The notes beneath the pieces are model-generated. The model searched no databases and was not told where the DNA came from. It saw nothing but the letters and a program-made list of their open reading frames with translations. The position numbers were made by a program, and so were the translations under genes. Below are positions 62,522 to 64,000 of a stretch of 64,000 bases of DNA, piece by piece. The stretch's first letter is position 1. Each line of letters starts with the position of its first letter. Origin of the DNA: Eubacteriales bacterium (GTDB lineage Bacteria > Bacillota > Clostridia > Christensenellales > Aristaeellaceae); assembly GCA_031555755.1 (NCBI GenBank), contig JAVBUD010000008.1:1785-65784 (forward strand). Direction: 5' to 3'.

Positions 62522-63607
62522 TTAAGGCGGCGCGTCCTCCTCCTCGCATGGGGATGAGCCGCGGTAAGCGAAGCGCGCGTAACCGTCCAGCGCGCGCTGA
62601 TGCCTTGCGGACGGCGTTTCGTCTGCTGGCAGCGGGACAAACAGCTTGTCTGCGTACAGCTCGATGAGGCAGCCTGGCAGCCAGGCGCTGTCCGGCAAAG
62701 AGGGCTGATCGAACAGCAGGGCAAAGGCGCGGGCATCGGGCGCTGCGTCTCCATCCATGCGGGCAACAGCCGCGCCGTCGCGGATCAGGAACAGGGAATA
62801 TTCGCGCTCCCTGAACGCGCGGAGGAAAACCAGCACGTCGCCCTGCTCGGGGAAGCGGGACAGGCATCGGCTGCGCCTGCGGAGGCGGTCGAGCCGTTCG
62901 ATCCGGTGCTTGATGAGCACCGCCTTTTCAAACGCCATGGCGGCAGCCTGGCGCTTCATCTCCGCCTCCAGCCGGGCGAACACCGGCGTCCTCTCGCCGC
63001 GCAACAGCGTGACGATCTCATCGATGGCTGCCCGGTAGGCGCGTTCGTCCAGTGCATGGCCGCATGGCGCCATGCAGCGCCCCACCTCATGCTGAACGCA
63101 GGGGCGGGCGGCGGGCTCGAAGCGGCGCTTGCCGCAGACCGGCGTGCGCCACGCCGCATTCAGCAGGTTGATGGCGTCCTCCGCATCGAATCGGTCGCGG
63201 AAGTAACCGAAGTATTCCGCGCCGTCGTCGGCGTCTCGCTCGGAGACGGTCAGCGTGGGGCGGAGGGCTGTGGCGTCGATGCGCAGATACAGCTGCCTGG
63301 GGTCTGTGACCAGCTGCGCGTTGAACCAGGGCCTGTACCGCTTGATGAGCCGATACTCCAGCATCAGCGCGTCGCGCTCGGTGGGCGCGGTCTGGTATTC
63401 CACGTCCGCGATCACGCGCACGAGGTTTTCCAGCTTTGGATTGTCGTCCTCGCGCGGCTTTTGGAAATACTGGCGCACGCGGTGCTTCAAAAACTTGGCC
63501 TTGCCGACATAGATCACATTGCCCATGCCGTCCTGGTACAGATAGCAGCCGGCCTGCATGGGTGCGTTTTTGATTTTGGACATCAATTCTGGTCGCTGCA
63601 TGGGCAC
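62522..63607 (-). CDS. UvrC N-terminal-half homologue (GIY-YIG nuclease + UVR-like helix; Cho-like), unique C-terminal region
   Basis: GCYLYQDGMGNVIYVGKAKFLKHRVRQYF...EYQTAPTERDALMLEYRLIKRYRPWFN (GIY-YIG). AMAFEKAVLIKHRIERL (UVR-like). No RNase H-like endonuclease or HhH region. Confidence 0.7.
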   Translation of the reverse strand: MPMQRPELMSKIKNAPMQAGCYLYQDGMGNVIYVGKAKFLKHRVRQYFQKPREDDNPKLENLVRVIADVEYQTAPTERDALMLEYRLIKRYRPWFNAQLVTDPRQLYLRIDATALRPTLTVSERDADDGAEYFGYFRDRFDAEDAINLLNAAWRTPVCGKRRFEPAARPCVQHEVGRCMAPCGHALDERAYRAAIDEIVTLLRGERTPVFARLEAEMKRQAAAMAFEKAVLIKHRIERLDRLRRRSRCLSRFPEQGDVLVFLRAFREREYSLFLIRDGAAVARMDGDAAPDARAFALLFDQPSLPDSAWLPGCLIELYADKLFVPLPADETPSARHQRALDGYARFAYRGSSPCEEEDAPP

Positions 63608-63731
63608 CCCACATTTTCATGAGTCCTTGGCGCTGGCGGCATTACACCATGCGCCGCGGGTCCTCGCAAGAATTGCATTGCATATCACGTTTGAATATTC
63701 GAGCGCCGGCGACGCGGACCTCAAGAGTTGA

Positions 63732-64000
63732 TTATGGAGTCAGGCGGTTGGTGGCTGAATCCGGCGCGGTGCGAGTGGTCTTGATCGTCGCCGCGTAGAT
63801 CGAGTTTGCGATGCCCAGCACCGCTGACAGCGAAAACAGCACTTCGATGCCCACATTCGCCCAGATCCAGCCGCCGACCAGCGCGATGAAGATGCTGATC
63901 ACATGATTGACGGAAACCCCCGTGGACAAGGTCGCGACGACTTCCTCCGGGCTGTCCGCGATGTCGCGCACGTAGACACTGCTCGCCATGCTCGCCAGTG
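63732..64000 (-). CDS. C-terminal fragment of a membrane transporter (MFS-like), gene start beyond window end
   Basis: The frame stays open to position 64000. Hydrophobic helices ...VSVNHVISIFIALVGGWIWANVGIEVLFSLSAVLGIANSIYAA. The family call is weak. Confidence 0.4.
   Translation of the reverse strand, partial: LASMASSVYVRDIADSPEEVVATLSTGVSVNHVISIFIALVGGWIWANVGIEVLFSLSAVLGIANSIYAATIKTTRTAPDSATNRLTP

Noticed and set aside
1-64000. A search for mobile-element hallmarks (transposase, integrase, recombinase, phage or conjugation genes, flanking tRNA, long terminal inverted repeats) that would mark the adhesin or GRE regions as islands.
   Set aside because: None was recognised in any frame. Apart from the AT-rich stretch at 30620-31136 and the REP-like elements, there is no sequence evidence for recent mobility.

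Overview
GC-rich chromosomal window with Firmicutes/Clostridia-style gene content (YesN/YesM-type two-component pairs, LplABC-type sugar ABC systems, MucBP/MBG adhesin modules). The taxon is an inference. I call 45 protein-coding genes. By eye I found no rRNA, tRNA, CRISPR array, transposase or integrase. Order of loci: (1) partial family-5 SBP, divergent from an operon RR-HK-anaerobic sulfatase maturase-TSUP exporter; (2) ECF sigma / PepSY anti-sigma plus two secreted PepSY proteins; (3) small unknown secreted and membrane proteins and a PhnB-like protein; (4) LuxR-type RR + 7TM sensor lacking a kinase core + soluble HisKA_3 kinase, followed by a ~1290-aa Gly-rich repeat surface protein, where the same palindrome precedes both the operon and the surface-protein gene; (5) a sugar/polyol locus with two ABC importers, two MDR dehydrogenases and TIM-barrel isomerases; (6) a 4042-aa LRR/MBG/MucBP giant surface protein behind a 517-bp AT-rich leader, followed by an orphan family-5 SBP; (7) a glycyl-radical-enzyme locus (ROK kinase-GRE, short activase + Cys-rich ORF, DeoR); (8) a fructan/difructose-anhydride locus (TCS, ABC, DUF2961/GH172, GH32); (9) a membrane-embedded LuxR regulator, a Cho-like half-UvrC and a partial transporter. 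A ~90-bp palindromic REP-like element occurs three times, each just 3' of an operon end. The best candidates for new biology are the kinase-coupled GRE locus, the palindrome-linked TCS/surface-protein module with its split sensor, and the anchor-less giant LRR protein. All function calls rest on motif recognition from memory. No database search was run.
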